Source: Octopus sinensis (lineage: Eukaryota). From it: a stretch of 64,000 nucleotides of DNA. Of this stretch, positions 25,414 to 43,110 are shown in pieces. The translations under genes and the position numbers were made by a program. Where the stretch lies: NCBI RefSeq assembly GCF_006345805.1, contig NC_043020.1, positions 8,556,001 through 8,620,000 of the forward strand, given 5' to 3'. The notes under the pieces are model-generated. The model saw only the letters and a program-made list of their open reading frames with translations, was not told where the DNA came from and did no database searches. How positions within the stretch are numbered: the stretch's first letter is position 1; each line of letters opens with the position of its first letter.

Positions 25414-26178
25414 TCATTAGAAATGGCGCTATAGAGTAATGTGTAGCAAGGTTTCCGGCAAGCGATTGATAGACATCTGTGTTCGATCCCGTCAGTGGGT
25501 GATGGATAAACCTACACAACAGTGCCCCCACCACGAGTTTCTTTCCTCGTAACTTTCAGAATAATGGGTATTTTTTAATGAAATTTTCTATAAGTCAACT
25601 TTCAGAGTGTGTAAGATTACGATTGAATCAGAATTTAATAAGATAAAAAAAAAAATGGTCGGCTTGTGCACATACATACTGACACACATCATATATATCT
25701 ACAAAAATGAAACTTAAAATTTTGAAACAAATCGTGATGCGTCAGTATGTCTGAGTGCATGCTCAGCATTTTTGGTTTTTTTTTCATATATAATTCTGAT
25801 ATAATCGTAATTTACTGACTCTGAAAGGTATTTGTAGAAAATTTCATTAAAAAATGCTCATTATTCTGAGAGTTATAAGGAAACTAAGCCAACTTGTGTG
25901 AATTTTCTAAAACTCCTCTCGGAAAAAATTTTTCACTACAAAATTCCGATAAAATCGGAATCTACACTATCTGAAACTTATTTGTAGAAAATTTCATTAA
26001 AAAATATCCATTCTTCTGAAAGTTATTAGGAAACGAATGGATGGAGCACAGTTGTGTAGGTATGCTGGGTGAAGTAAAAAGTCTTGTTTGGTATAATGTC
26101 TATCTTTATCTTTCTTTTACTGCGGTCATGTTAAGCAAGCCAGCACCGGTTCTCAAGTTGTGGTGTCGGTGGTGGGGA

Positions 26179-26212
<34 letters not shown>

Positions 26213-26414
26213 ACGTTTTTATTTTCTTCTTCAGTTTCTGTCTACAAAATTCGGACCTAAAGATCCCCAAATTCACTTCACAGGGCATTGGTTGGCCAGG
26301 GACACAGTAGAAAATACCTCTTATCCAAGGTGCCGCTCAGAGGGACTGACCCCGAAACCACGTAGTTGCAAAGCACACTTCTTAGTCATACAACCATAAA
26401 CCATTATTTTTCTT

Positions 26415-27185
26415 TTCTATCATAGATACAAGGCCCGAAATTTTGGAGAGGGGACCAGTCGATTTGATCGACCCCAGTATGCAACTGGTACTTAATTTAT
26501 CGAGCCTGAAAGGATGAAAGGCAAAGTCGACCGCGGCGGAATTTGAACTCAGAACGTAACGGCAGACGAAATACCTATTTCTTTACTACCCACAAGGGGC
26601 TAAACACAGAGAGGACAAATGGATTAAGTCGATTATATCGACCCCAGTGCGTAACTGGTACTTATTTAATCGACTCCGAAAGGATGAAAGGCAAAGTCGA
26701 CCTCGGCGGAATTTGAACTCAGAACGTAGCGGCAGGTGAAATACCGCTAAGCATTTCGCCTAGCGTGCTAACGTTTCTTATTTCTTTATTGCCTACAAGG
26801 GGCTAAACATAGAGGGGACAAACAAGGACAGACAAACGGATTAAGTCGATTACATCGACCCAGTGTGTAACTAGTACTTATTTAATCGACCCCGAAAGGA
26901 CGAAAGGCAAAGTCGACCTCGGTGGAATTTGAAGTCAGAACGTAGACAGATGAAATACCTATTTCTTTACTACCCACAAGGGGCTAAACACAGAGAGGAC
27001 AAACAAGGACAGACAAACGGATTAAGTCGATTATATCGACCCCAGTGCTTAACTGGTACTTTATTTAATCGACTCCGAAAGGATGAAAGGCAAAGTCGAC
27101 CTCGGCGGAATTTGAACTCAGAACGTAGCGGCAGGTGAAATACCGCTAAGCATTTCGCCCAGCATGCTAACGTTTCTGCCAGCTC
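26415..27185 (-). repeat. SINE family C array, about four units (two dimers)
   Basis: gaaaggcaaagtcgac recurs four times; an internal partial head at about 26740-26778. Confidence 0.88.
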
Positions 27186-27734
27186 GATGTCTTATAAACC
27201 ATTAGTTTAGAAATACAAATATAGATAGAGTTATGTGTTGGGGAAGCAATAGAAAGACGGACCTGTGTTCGACCCTTTTCACAGTCCATAAGTCAAAAAT
27301 CCTCTGCTGTCACTTTTCAGGTTAACGAATGACTTTTGGTGGAAGGAAATTATTGTATATCTTGTGTGTTTGTGTCAATGTATTTGACTCTTTACATCAA
27401 AAGGTGACTTAGCTAATCAATAAATAGAGATTAATAAACTAATCATGGAGATTATTGTGGTTTTGGACATCTGAACTTGTCAGTAAATACGTTTATTGGA
27501 ATGTGTTACAATTCTTTTATTCTTCTTATTTATTGTTACTTGTTTCAGTCATCTGACTGCGGCCATGCTGGAGTTCCGCTTTAAAGGTTTTCAGTTGAAG
27601 AAATCGACCCCAGGACTTATTTTATTGGTCTCCAGCATCGGTTGTTTGATCTTTGTTTTTTGAGATGACCACACTCTACACACTCAAATTGTCTAGCGCT
27701 GCTATAAAGAACGGAAGTCAGCGAGAATGTGATA

Positions 27735-27851
27735 CCTTGGTGTACATGCGCAACAAAGTTCAAGGTCAATCTGTGCAAACGTGGCTTCACTCTGTGTGTA
27801 CGTTGGCGCTGTTACTATAGCAATGGACCTGATACTTTTGATCAAATCTCG
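27735..27851 (-). mobile_element. Truncated end of a related mariner element, back-to-back with the 27854 element
   Basis: Reverse complement begins TA|CGAGATTTGATCAAAAGTATCAGGTCCATTGCTATAGTAAC, similar to the neighbouring terminus. Confidence 0.7.
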
Positions 27852-27853
27852 TA

Positions 27854-28714
27854 TAAGGTCGGATCAATAAGTATCTGGACTGTTGCCATAGTAACGAAGC
27901 TAAAGCATGCAGAGTGAAGCCACTTGGCACAGATTGGCCTTGAACTCTGCTGTGCATGTGCACCAAGTAAACTTCCACTGTTTAAAGCAATGCTTGGAAG
28001 GAAGGTGTGTAGCATGTGATTATCATATTGACTATGACAAAGAGAGTTGTTATGGCGACACCTGCTCAGAGACCTATACAAAGTTGCAGTAAGTATATGG
28101 AGAGGAGTGTATGAGTGGTTCAGAGGTTTCCAAGATGGCCGAAACATGTTGATATTGACAAACATTCTGAGAGGCCTGCAACCAACAAAACTGAGAAGAA
28201 TATTGCAGATGTGTGTGCAGCTGTGAGGGGAAATCATCAAATCACCATTTGTGAGTTATCAGAGGATGTGCAGATTAGTTACGGTTCAGTTCAGTCCATT
28301 ATCACTGAAGATTTGGGTATGAGACTCATATCTGCCAAGTTTGTGCTATAACTGCTTTCAGCTGACTAAAAAGACACTCAGGTTTCAATTGCCCAAGATC
28401 TTCTTGATTGTGTTGAGAACAATGAAAACCTTTTGAAAGCTTTGCATTGGCCTCTGAACAGGTATCGCTAAGCTTTTGGCAAAATTTGATGCAGATTCTC
28501 TGCTCTGCTTTCTCTGTCACGGTCAATGCAACGATCACACGCTACACACCTTCCTTCCAAGAACTGCTGTAAACAGTGGAAGTGAGCTAGAACATTAAAA
28601 CTTAATGCACATATACATCAGAGTTCAAAGTCAATCTGTACCAAATGGCTTTATTCTGTGTGCTTTAGCTTCATTACTATGGCAACAGTCCGGGTACTTA
28701 TTGATCAGATCATG
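27854..28714 (+). mobile_element. Non-autonomous mariner derivative built from two 5' ends in inverted orientation
   Basis: Terminal GGTCGGATCAATAAGTATCTGGACTGTTGCCATAGTAA versus its inverse at 28714, TA flanks; mariner N-terminal peptides on both strands (AEQRICIKFCQKL; RPATNKTEKNIADV...ITICELSEDVQISYGSVQSIITEDLGMRLISAKFV). Confidence 0.85.
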
Positions 28715-28736
28715 TATGCATACACATGCATGCATA

Positions 28737-28770
<34 letters not shown>

Positions 28771-29099
28771 CATACATACGTCTCTTCTCTCTCTCTCTCT
28801 CTCCTTTCCCATTCAATAAGAACACGTCTATATGCTGTGCCCTCATCAATGGAGCAGAGAATAAATTTTCCCTGGGACTAGAATTAGGGCCAATGAGACA
28901 CACTTCAGTTTCACAGTACTCCTACTACCTACTGCAGTGAATTCAACTCCCTCGCCCCATAACTCGTGGATGTGCTGTCCCTTTTAGGCAACAGCTTCAA
29001 CTGCAGAAGACATTCAAGTTATCACAGGGAATGGTTGGTATCGACTTAATCTAGTCAACAGCTTTATCACATGGACAAGAACATGTTGATATTTTATAA

Positions 29100-33030
<3,931 letters not shown>

Positions 33031-33558
33031 GAAGGGCAGTCACCCTAATCGTGTCCCCTTTCATTACTCTCACACACTTCACCCCAGAGACTAAAGTATT
33101 CTCCAAACACTTCATCCTCTTCTCGACTGGGATGTACCTTGGTCTTTCGAAACACCCCATTGTGTACCCTATCGCCAAGTAAATGTACCTCCTTGATCCT
33201 GCCATCGCATTCCAAAATTTTTGATATGATGGAGACAGTCATTAACAACATCATCCAGCTTCTTGAATCTTTCTCTCTCCTTAATAACCTTTGGTGCATT
33301 TTTTTCTGTGAAGGTGAATCCATTCGTGATTGCATCTTCTCTGTCACTCCACCACCACCACCACCACCACCACAGCCAATATCCACACATGCATATTATA
33401 TATATATACACACACACCTACCCACACTCAATTCTCAACCACATGGTTCTGGGTTCAGTCCCACTGCGGAGCATCTTGGGCAAGTGTCTTCTACTATAGC
33501 CTCGGGCCAAACAAAGCCTTGTGAGTGGACTTGGTAGATGGAAATTGAAAGAAGCCCA

Positions 33559-33589
<31 letters not shown>

Positions 33590-33600
<11 letters not shown>

Positions 33601-34733
33601 GGCAATTTCTGTCTGTCTGTTACCATTTTGAGCCTATATTAGCAAACCAATCTTCCCGAAACTTTGCATACATGTTAAACAAACATCCAGTTCAATTATA
33701 GGCTAACTGAATTTCAATAAAAATTGATAATGGGCCCCATACAGAGATTGGGTTATTATATGATAAATTGAGAAGGGTTCAAAGAGTATTAGGTTGAGGG
33801 AAATGTGGTGGCATAATGAGGGTGGCAGATATCAAAGAAGGGGAGGAGACAGGAAGAGACAGAGAGAGAGAATGAGAAACAAGGATAGAGCAGGAGAGAC
33901 AGAGAGAATGTTTACTGAACAAAGTATTAAAATTCGCTGGAATTTTAATACTGTGTTCCTTAATTCTTACCAATCACTTAAGACATATGCTTTAATGAAT
34001 TAACTATTGTCTGCTCAGTCAGAACTTTTACAATATGTCCAACAACAGATGCAAAACTAACAAATGAAAGGTAAAGTTTTTTTTATATTTGTTTTCAAAT
34101 TAATGTATAAAGATTTATTAAAACTTTACCAATGTGCTGAAACAATAAAACAATAAAACTATAGATAATGTCTTTCATTTTCTTCCATAGATGAATAGCC
34201 TGTCGTTGTCAGGCAATTTTGACAATAGAATGTCTTATATAAATTTTTGTTTCTTCCATATCGAACGATACCTTCCCCGACAGATTTGTGCAATAGTTTG
34301 CAAAAAAAAAACTTCCTTGATCTTTTTGTTTTTAAATTATTTACATGTTTCTTCGAATATTTCAAAAGACTTTATTCATTAAAACTTATTAAAACTCCAG
34401 AAGTTCTTACAAATTTGCTTATTGTAATGCTCTGTTTTTGTTTGTAATAAAAATTCTTCCTCCGAATGATTTTGCTTTCATTTCGTGACAGACGACAATC
34501 ATACAGAAAATGCCAGCTTCCAAATCCTGTTTTCTGATTAGGTAAAGCTAATTAAACTTTAAACTCCAATAACATTTTACTGCAATTTTTCTGGAACAAA
34601 TAAATAACAAAATCAGATTTAACATGGAAAATTATTTCAATATACCAAATTTGAAAATTTTTATGTAATTTTAAAATTTCACAAAGGGAACGGGAACTGA
34701 AATAACCCCATTTACTGGGTATTTTTCAGCTAG
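33590..34733 (+). mobile_element. Older, longer Helitron-like element
   Basis: Head tatataaatggcaatttctgtctg resembles the 9887 head; degenerate hairpin accccatttactgggt followed by CTAG|T. Confidence 0.55.
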
Positions 34734-34812
34734 TATATATATATATATATATATACTATATATATACCACATACCCACTCCTGCACCTATATATATATAT
34801 ATATATATATAG

Positions 34813-35180
34813 CCGCAGGAGTGTCTGTGTGGTAAGTAGCTTGCTTACCAACCACATGGTTCCGGGTTCAGTCCCACTGGGGCAAGAGTCTTCTATTATA
34901 GCCTCGGGCTGACCAAAGCCTTATGAGTGGATTTGGTAGACAGAAACTGAAAGAAGCCCATCATATATATATATATGTGTGGTGTGTGTGTGTGTGTATG
35001 AGTGTGTGTGTGTGTGTGTGTATGAGTGTGTGTCTGTGCTTGTCCGTCCACCATTGCTTGACAACTGATGAGACCAATAGAATAAGTACTAACCTTGTAA
35101 AGAATGAGTCCTGGGGTCGATTTGTTTGTCTAAAGGTGGTGCTCCAGCATGGCCACAGTCAAATGACTGAAACAAGTAAA
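34813..35180 (+). mobile_element. SINE family A
   Basis: Head, body and tail with internal deletions. Confidence 0.85.
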
Positions 35181-35858
35181 TTAATAAAGAATATATTTTC
35201 TCAATAAAACACTATTACTAGATGTAGTTTCCACTTATGTTATATAATCACTTATCTGATTAGTTTGCTAATGAAGTAGCCAATTAAACAGTGAAATCAT
35301 TAAATATTTGGTTTGTCAGTGTCCCTTCATTACACCCAATGACCTTACATATATCAACATCTTGTTTACATATTCAGAGTTGCAAAACCTTCATGACGTT
35401 GGCAGCTGACTCTGTGAATGTCTTCTGGCTAGGATTGAGTATTTACTCAGCAAACACATGTCGGGACTGACACACACACACACACACAACAATGTGTACA
35501 TATAAAGATAAATGCATTGACATATTTATATATGTATATATCTGTATGTATGTATATCATCATCATCATCATCATCATTTAACGTCCGCTTTCCATGCTA
35601 GCATGGGTTGGACGGTTCAACTGGGGTCTGGGGAGCCCGAAGGCTGCACCAGGCCAGTCAGATCTGGCAGTGTTTCTACAGCTGGATGCCCTTCCTAACG
35701 CCAACCACTCCGAGAGTGTAGTGGGTGATTTTATGTGCCACCGACACAGGTGCCAGACGAGGCTGGCAGACGAGGCTGGCAGACGAGGCTGGCAGACGAG
35801 GCTGGCAGACGGCCACGCTCGGATGGTGTTTTTTTTTTTTTATGTGCCACCGACACAG

Positions 35859-35894
<36 letters not shown>

Positions 35895-35933
35895 AAATAC
35901 ACACACACACACATACACACACACATACACATA

Positions 35934-37163
35934 CAGGATGTGTAAGGTATTTGAGGACATACCATTTTTGGGTCATTGCTGCATTTTTTGCTCACTCTGT
36001 ATAATCTTTGTTTCAGAAAATAATAATGGCAGATTCTCAGTTTATTCAAGAAATGAAGACGCATGCTGTTATTGTGGTTATAAAGGCTGAGCATAGTGAT
36101 TTAGAAATATCTAGATTTTTAAAAGTTGCTAGATCTTTCGTCTATGGAGTTTGTAGAGAGTTAGAGGCTGAAGATGGAAATGTATCACCAGTATCAAAGC
36201 ATAAAAAGCATTCTAAATGCTCTGAAATCATCAGAACACCTGAATTTATCCAGCAATTACAATCCCAGAAAGTCATTGAGGTCAGTTGCAAAAGATCTCC
36301 ATGTGTCAGAAGGAAAAGTCAGAAATGTTGTCCACGAAGACATTAGACATAAGTCTTATATGATGAGGAATGGTCAATTTGTCAGAAGAATGCAAAAGAA
36401 AATCACTACCTCAGACCTAAAAGGTTCTTAAACAAACTGAAAAATCCAGCAGAAGATTTGATCTTGTTTTTCTCAAAAGAGAAAAATTTCGACCAAGATC
36501 AAAATGTTAACAGAAGAAATGACAGATGGTTACGTGCAGACCCTTCTGAAGTTCCAAGTGTTATGCATGCAAAATTTCCTGCAACTGTTATGGTTTTAGA
36601 GGTCGTCAGCAATGAAGACAATGCGATACCTTCTTACCTCTTTCCACAAGGCCTTAGTGTTAACTCTACCGCCTACATTGAGGTCCTGGAAACAATTGTT
36701 CAGCCCTCGATAGACAGTGTATGCAATGTAAGGCCATATGTGTTTCAGTAAGCCTCTGCACTATTACGCATGGCTCTTGTAACACAGGAATGGATGACTG
36801 AAAATTTTCATGATCACAAAACCCCTAACATTTGGCCTCATAATTCCCCATATCTCAATCCATTAGACTTTTACATGTGGAGTATTGTTCAGAGGTCAAT
36901 GAACATACCCATAACTCCAAAGCTGCCATAGCCAGAGTAATGTCCAAAATGAACCAGGACCACTTGATTCGAGCATGTAGATGATTTAGATTGCATATAG
37001 AAGCAGTTGTTGAAGATGAAGGTGGCTTTATTGAATAACATTATAGAAAAGAAGGCTTATTTTTATCCACATAGCATTTTTTGATAAATAAAGCTATTAT
37101 CTGTTATTATATATCTGCTTTTTTATAAACATAAATCTGTCCTCAAATATTTTACGCACCCTG
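35934..37163 (+). mobile_element. Decayed Tc1/mariner-superfamily transposon, maT (DD37D)-like
   Basis: TA|CAGGATGTGTAAGGTATTTGAGGACA ... TGTCCTCAAATATTTTACGCACCCTG|TA termini; broken transposase with FSKEKNF, RRNDRWL, VMVLEVVS, YVFQ* and WPHNSPYLNPLDFYMWS motifs. Confidence 0.9.
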
Positions 37164-37224
37164 TATATTATGGAGATGAACTTGCATAGCAAGTGACTTG
37201 ATCTGAGATCGTGAGCTTAAACAA

Positions 37225-37503
37225 AAACAGTTGCAGCAGAGAAGATGTTTGTAAGCCATTCAAGAACACACAAAACCCGTTAGTTTCGCTTCAACATTTA
37301 AATTTAGTTTGTGCCAAAATATTTTTGTCGCTTTGAAACTGTGACCTGTTCACTGACAGCACAAAGTTTTGTCAGTGAACAGGTCATGGTTTCAAAGAGA
37401 CGAAAATATTTTGACACAAATGAAATTTAAATGTTGAAGTGAAACTAACGGTTTTTGTGTGTTTTTAAATGGCTTACAAACATCTTCCATGCTGCAATTG
37501 TTT
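37225..37503. mobile_element. Fold-back MITE-like element with ~135-bp arms
   Basis: aaacagttgcagcagagaagatgtttgtaagccatt ... aatggcttacaaacatcttccatgctgcaattgttt. Confidence 0.8.
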
Positions 37504-37539
37504 ATGCTGGCCACCTATATATATATATATATATATATA

Positions 37540-37937
37540 CTAGCAGTATCGCCCGGCGTTGCTCGGGTTTGTAAGGGAAATAATTATATAAGCATTTTTA
37601 GAGAGTTATAGCCAAAAAAAGCAAAAAAATGCATTAAAAATGGAAAAAAAAATTATGGTAAATTTTTTTTTAAATCGTTGACTCATCGTAGACATTTTTA
37701 GAGAGTTACTTCCCTTATATAATAGCGAAAAAATGCATTAAAATGGAAAAAAATGATGGTAAATTTTTTTTTAAATCGTAGACTCATTGTAGACGCGCGC
37801 TAATACCCTGAAGGGCTCGATATGAATCACGACTATAAGATACCCGGTTTTAGTTAAACTGCACCGCAAAATGTGGGAGTAGTTAGGAATCTAAATTGTA
37901 GGAGACAGACAAACAACCTTACTTTTATAAATAAAGA
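37540..37937 (-). mobile_element. Non-autonomous Helitron-like element
   Basis: Reverse strand has 5' A|TC, hairpin CCCGAGCAACGCCGGG and 3' CTAG|T; near-identical to the copy at 59751. Confidence 0.85.
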
Positions 37938-38764
37938 TATGCGTATAATAAGGGATGACCACTAAGTGGACCGCGCCAGAACTTAGACATTTGAAAATAA
38001 CCCCAATGTAATCTGTAGAACTATACACACGTCTAATTTTATGAGGACAACTCATATATAGTTCTATAAATTATATTGAATTGGAACGATCATACTGAAG
38101 AGTCCATGGACGATGTTACATAAGTAAAATCATCTATGATTAATTCTTTATTTTTGTATATTTTCATCTGTCTTACCCACGTATGTTCTGGTGTTTGCTG
38201 AATTTCTCTAAAGAACTTTCTTTTCTTTGTGGTTAGATCATAGGTGATCTTCTTCTAGCATATTGGTTATCCACTTAATGGTCATTCCTATTATATGCAT
38301 GTATTACAATTTTTCTGAATTTTCAGATTTTTCTATATGCTAGGCTACTGGTTTTAAATTGATGTTAATTAAATTAATATTCAATTTATCACCCTCATTA
38401 TTTAAATTTTATACACACACACACACACACAGACATACACACACACACACACACACATATAAATTCAGATATATAGATACACACACACATATAAATTCAG
38501 ATATATAGATACATACACACAAACGAACATACTATACATATATATATGTGGCTATTTATGTGTGTGTGTCTGTGTTTGCCCACCAGCATTATTTGACACC
38601 TGATGTAACCCTCACCCTCTTACTTAGCAGCTTGGCAAAAGAGACTGATAAAATAAGTTCTAGGCTTACAAAGAATAAGTCCTGGGGTTGATTTCTTCGA
38701 CTAAAATCCCTTTAAGATGATGCCTCAGCATGGCCACAGTCAAATGAAAGAAATAAGAAAATAG

Positions 38765-38804
<40 letters not shown>

Positions 38805-38806
<2 letters not shown>

Positions 38807-39116
38807 GTGCATGGCTTAGTGGTTAGGGCATTCGGCTCCCAATCGCAAGGTCATGAGTTCAATTCCCGGTGACGCGTTGTGTCCTTGAGCAAGACACTTT
38901 ATTTCACATTGCTCCAGTCCACTCAGCTGACAAAAATGAGTTGTACCTGTAATTCAAATGGTCAGCCTTGTCTCACTCTGTGTCACGCTTAATCTCCCTG
39001 AGAATCATCTTAAGGGTATGTGTGTCTGTGGAGTGCTCAGCCACTTGCACGTTAATTTCACGAGAAGGCTGTTCCTTTGATTGTATCAGCTAGAACCCTC
39101 ATTGTTGTAACCGACA
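38805..39116 (+). mobile_element. SINE family B2 (CORE-like gtgtccttgagcaagacact segment); also at about 8280-8580 and 43725-44045
   Basis: tRNA-like A/B boxes, CORE-like centre, 3' module shared with B1. Confidence 0.82.
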
Positions 39117-39358
39117 GACAGAGGAGAGACATATATATATATATATATGGCTCTCTGGACAAAAGTAGCATGCATTTTTTAGGTTCTTCAACTTTTTTCA
39201 ACAGATCAATAGACCAATTGAGAAACCTATCAGTACTGAACCTATAATGACTACTGGAAATAGCTGTAACCCATATTTACTCCAGTAAACAAAAAATATG
39301 TAATGACCGCTGCTTATACCTTGTCTTATATATATGTATATATATATATATATTATAT

Positions 39359-39423
<65 letters not shown>

Positions 39424-39426
<3 letters not shown>

Positions 39427-39828
39427 TGCAGGAGTGGCTGTGTGGTAAGTAGCTTGCTAACCAACCACATGGTTCCGGGTTCAGTCCCACTGCGTGGCAT
39501 CTGGGCAAGTGTCTTCTGCTATAGCCCTGGGCCGACCAATGCCTTGTGAGTGGATTTGGTAGACGGAAACTGAAAGAAGCCTGTCGTATATATGTATATA
39601 TATATGTGTGTATGTGTGTTTGTGTGTCTGTGTTTGTCTCCCTAGCATTGCTTGACAACCGATGCTGATGTGTTTACATCCCCGTCACTTAGCGGTTCGG
39701 CAAAAGAGACCGATAGAATAAGTACTGGGCTTACAAAGAATAAGTCCCGGAGTCGATTTGCTCGACTAAAGGTGGTGCTCCAGCATGGCCGCAGTCAAAT
39801 GACTGAAACAAGTAAAAGAGTAAAAGAG
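39424..39828 (+). mobile_element. SINE family A
   Basis: Full-length copy. Confidence 0.9.
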
Positions 39829-40253
39829 TATATATATATATGTTGCCAGGGCCATGGATTGGCACCCGTGCCAGAGGCACATGAAAAGTGCCATTTGAGC
39901 GTGATCATTGCCAGAGTCACCTACTGGCACTTGTGCCAGTGGCACATAAAAAACAACAATTGAGTGTGGTCATTGCCAGTGCTGCCAGACTGGCTCCCGT
40001 GCAGGTAGCATGTTAAAAACACCTTTTGAACGTGGTCGTTGCCAGAACAGCCTGACTGGCCCTCATGCTGGTGTCACATAAAAGTACCCACTAGACTTTC
40101 GGAGTGGTTGGCATTAGGAAGGGCATCCAGCTGTAGTAACTTTGCTAGATCAGATTGGAGTCTGGTGCAGCCTTCTGGTTCACCAGTCCTCAGTCAAACC
40201 ATCCAACCCATGCTAGCATGGAAAGCTGACGTTAAACGATGATGATGAGGATA

Positions 40254-40296
<43 letters not shown>

Positions 40297-40954
40297 TGTG
40301 TGTGTTTGTATGCCATCATCATCATCATTTAACATTCATTAGGTGACAAGAAGGGCATCCAGAAAACCTGTTTCATCAAATTCGGTTCAATTCGTACAAT
40401 CACAGAGAATGTATTCTTTTATTCTTTTACTTGTTACATTCATTTCACTGTGTCCATGCTGGAGCACCACATTCTAGTCGAAGAAAACAACCCCTGGACT
40501 TATTCTTTGTAAGCCTGGTGCTTATTCTGTTGGTCCTTTGTGCCGAACTACTAACAGTTTCTGCCTACCAAATCCACTCACAAGGCTTTGGTCAGCCCGA
40601 GGCTATAGTAGAAGACACTTGCCCAGGGTGCCATGCAGTGGGACTGAACCCAGAACCATGCAGTTGAGAAGCAAGCTTCTTACCAGACAGAGAAGTGCAC
40701 ATAAATGACGATGACAATGATGACAATGATTTAAGTCTAACTGTCAATGACAATCTGCGCTGGACGGTGCATGCACAAAAAATAAAGTCGATATAGTCCA
40801 TGAAATGTGTCTTTGGTTTCTTTGAACTGTCTAGTCTAAAGATCTTGATGTCATCGTCTTGTGCCTCTCTAGGTTTGCTTAGCGTGGCCTTAAATATTGC
40901 TGCCCTCTGTGACCATCATGTACTGAACAAAATATTATGAAAATTGATGTACCT

Positions 40955-41520
40955 CATAAAATTGAAGTACCCCAGATGACTAAAGTACCCCATGATGACT
41001 GAAGTATTCCAAAAGTTGGAAGTACCCCACAGGAATAAAGTACCCTAGAAGACTTAAGTACCCCAGGAGACTAAAGTACCCCAGGAGACTAAAGTACCCA
41101 AGGATACTAAAGTACCCTTGAAAGCTAAAGTATCCCATGATGACTGAAGTGTCCCCAGTAGATGAAGTACCACAGGAAATGAAGTACCACAGTAGACTGA
41201 GGTACTTCAGTCTTCTGAAGTACCTCAGAAGACTAAAGTATCCCAGAAGACTAAAGTACCCCAGAAGACTAAAGTAGCCCAGAAGACTAAAGTACCCTTG
41301 AAAGCTAAAGTATCCTATGATGACTGAAGTGTCCCCGGTAGATGAAGTACCACAGGAAATGAAGTACCACAGTAGACTGAGGTACTTCAGTCTTCTGAAG
41401 TACCTCAGAAGACTAAAGTACCCCAGAAGACTAAAGTACCCCAGGAGGTTAATGTAGCCCAGGAGACTGAAGTACCCTAGAAGACTGAAATACCTCAAGA
41501 ATCAGAAGTACCCAAGAAGG
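40955..41520. repeat. 18-bp minisatellite (ACTAAAGTACCCCAGGAG) with a ~180-bp higher-order duplication
   Basis: Directly visible; a related array lies at 43441-43670. Confidence 0.92.
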
Positions 41521-42389
41521 TCATTTGAATGCATGAAATGTTAAAGCAAAGTGGATTATGAAATATTTATCACGATTTGTTTTAGTCTGTGACATACAAA
41601 ACCTGGGATGTGATGGACTTCAGGATAAATTTACACTGTCATTTATATATAATGAGAAAACTATGCAAGCCACAACAGCAAAGAAAATATGACACCTTGC
41701 AATTGTCTGTTTATGAAACAATTAAAAAAGTTCATTGCTACAACGTGTGTGTGTGTGTGTGTGTGTGGTGTGTGTGTGTGTGCACAGCCTGGCAAAAAAA
41801 TAATTGTACAAGAGAACAGGTGTATCTTCCCATAAATGCGTGTGTGTGTGAGGGTGGTGGTATGTATAGGTACATGTGCATGTGTGTGTGTGAGGAAAGA
41901 AAAAAAATTGATTTTGGTTGTCAAAAACCCAGCAGTTGTGTGTGATTATCTTAGTTTGATTGAGCGAGGGAAACAGAGTAAAAAGTAAAAGACAAAAATA
42001 GAGAGAGTAAGAGCAAGAGAAGATGCCTAGGTTCATTGACAAAGGCATCTTGAAAGCAGTAACCCTAGTTGAATTATGAAAGCCCTACAGACTCTCTTTA
42101 CTCTTTACTCTTTTACTTGTTTCAGTCATTTGACTGCGGCCATGCTGGAGCACCGCCTTTAGTCGAGCAAATCGACCCCGGGACTTATTCTTTGTAAGCC
42201 CAATACTTATTCTATCGGTCTCTTTTGCCGAACCGCTAAGTGACGGGGACATAAACACACCAGCATCGGTTGTCAAGCAATGTTAGGGGGACAAACACAG
42301 ACACACAAACATATACACACACACTTATGTATATATATAGACTTCCTATTTTTCATGGAAACTATGTCTTAAATAAGGCCTAATATAAA

Positions 42390-43110
42390 TATCATCACTT
42401 AACATCCATTTTCCATGCTGGCATTGGTTGGGCAGTTGATAGGAGCTGGCAATCCGGGGAGCTGCTGCACCAGGCCTCAACTGTCTGTTTTACCAAGGTT
42501 TACTCAGCTGCATGTCCTTCCTAATGCCACTCACTTTACACGGTGTGCCGGGTGCTTTTTACAGGGCACCTGCACTTGTGCTTTTTATGTGGCTCCAGCA
42601 TAGGTGGCTCCAGCACAGGTGGCTCCAGCACAGGTGCTTTTTATGAGGCACCAGTATAAGTGCTGTTGTGACACATGCACTGGTGCTTTTTGTGGCACCA
42701 GCACAGGTGCTTTTTGCGTGGCACCAGCATAGGTGCTTTTTATGAGGCACCAGCACAGGTGCTTTTTGCGTGGCACCAGCATAGGTGCTTTTGTGTGGCA
42801 CCAGCATAAGTGCTTTTGCATGGCACCAGCATAGGTGCATTTTGCGTGGCACCAGCACGGGTGCTTTTTATGAGGCACCAGTATAAGTGCTGTTGTGACA
42901 CATGCACTGGTGGTTTTTGTGGCACCAGCACAGGTGCTTTTTACATGGCACCAACATAAGTGCTTTTGTGGCACCAGCACAGGTACTTTTTATGTGGCAC
43001 CAGCACAGGTGCTTTTGTGTGGCACCAGCACAGGTGGTATTTCACATTGCACTTGCACAGGTGCTTTTTTCCCTGGCACCAGCACAGGTGCTTTTTATGT
43101 GACAGACACC
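42390..43110 (-). mobile_element. Family D retroposon 3' end ((CAT)n tail, RTE-like) with an expanded ~21-24-bp minisatellite
   Basis: (cat)n-ttaacatcc...ccttcctaatgcca motifs as in other copies (1405, 6235, 13710, 35560, 39840, 48250, 48421); the unit ggcaccagcacaggtgctttt(t)atgt is repeated about 20 times. Confidence 0.8.

Noticed and set aside
40980-41498. 172-aa LLGYFS-repeat ORF as a real gene
   Set aside because: The open frame follows from a stop-free 18-bp unit; there is no splice or homology support. Kept only as a repeat finding.
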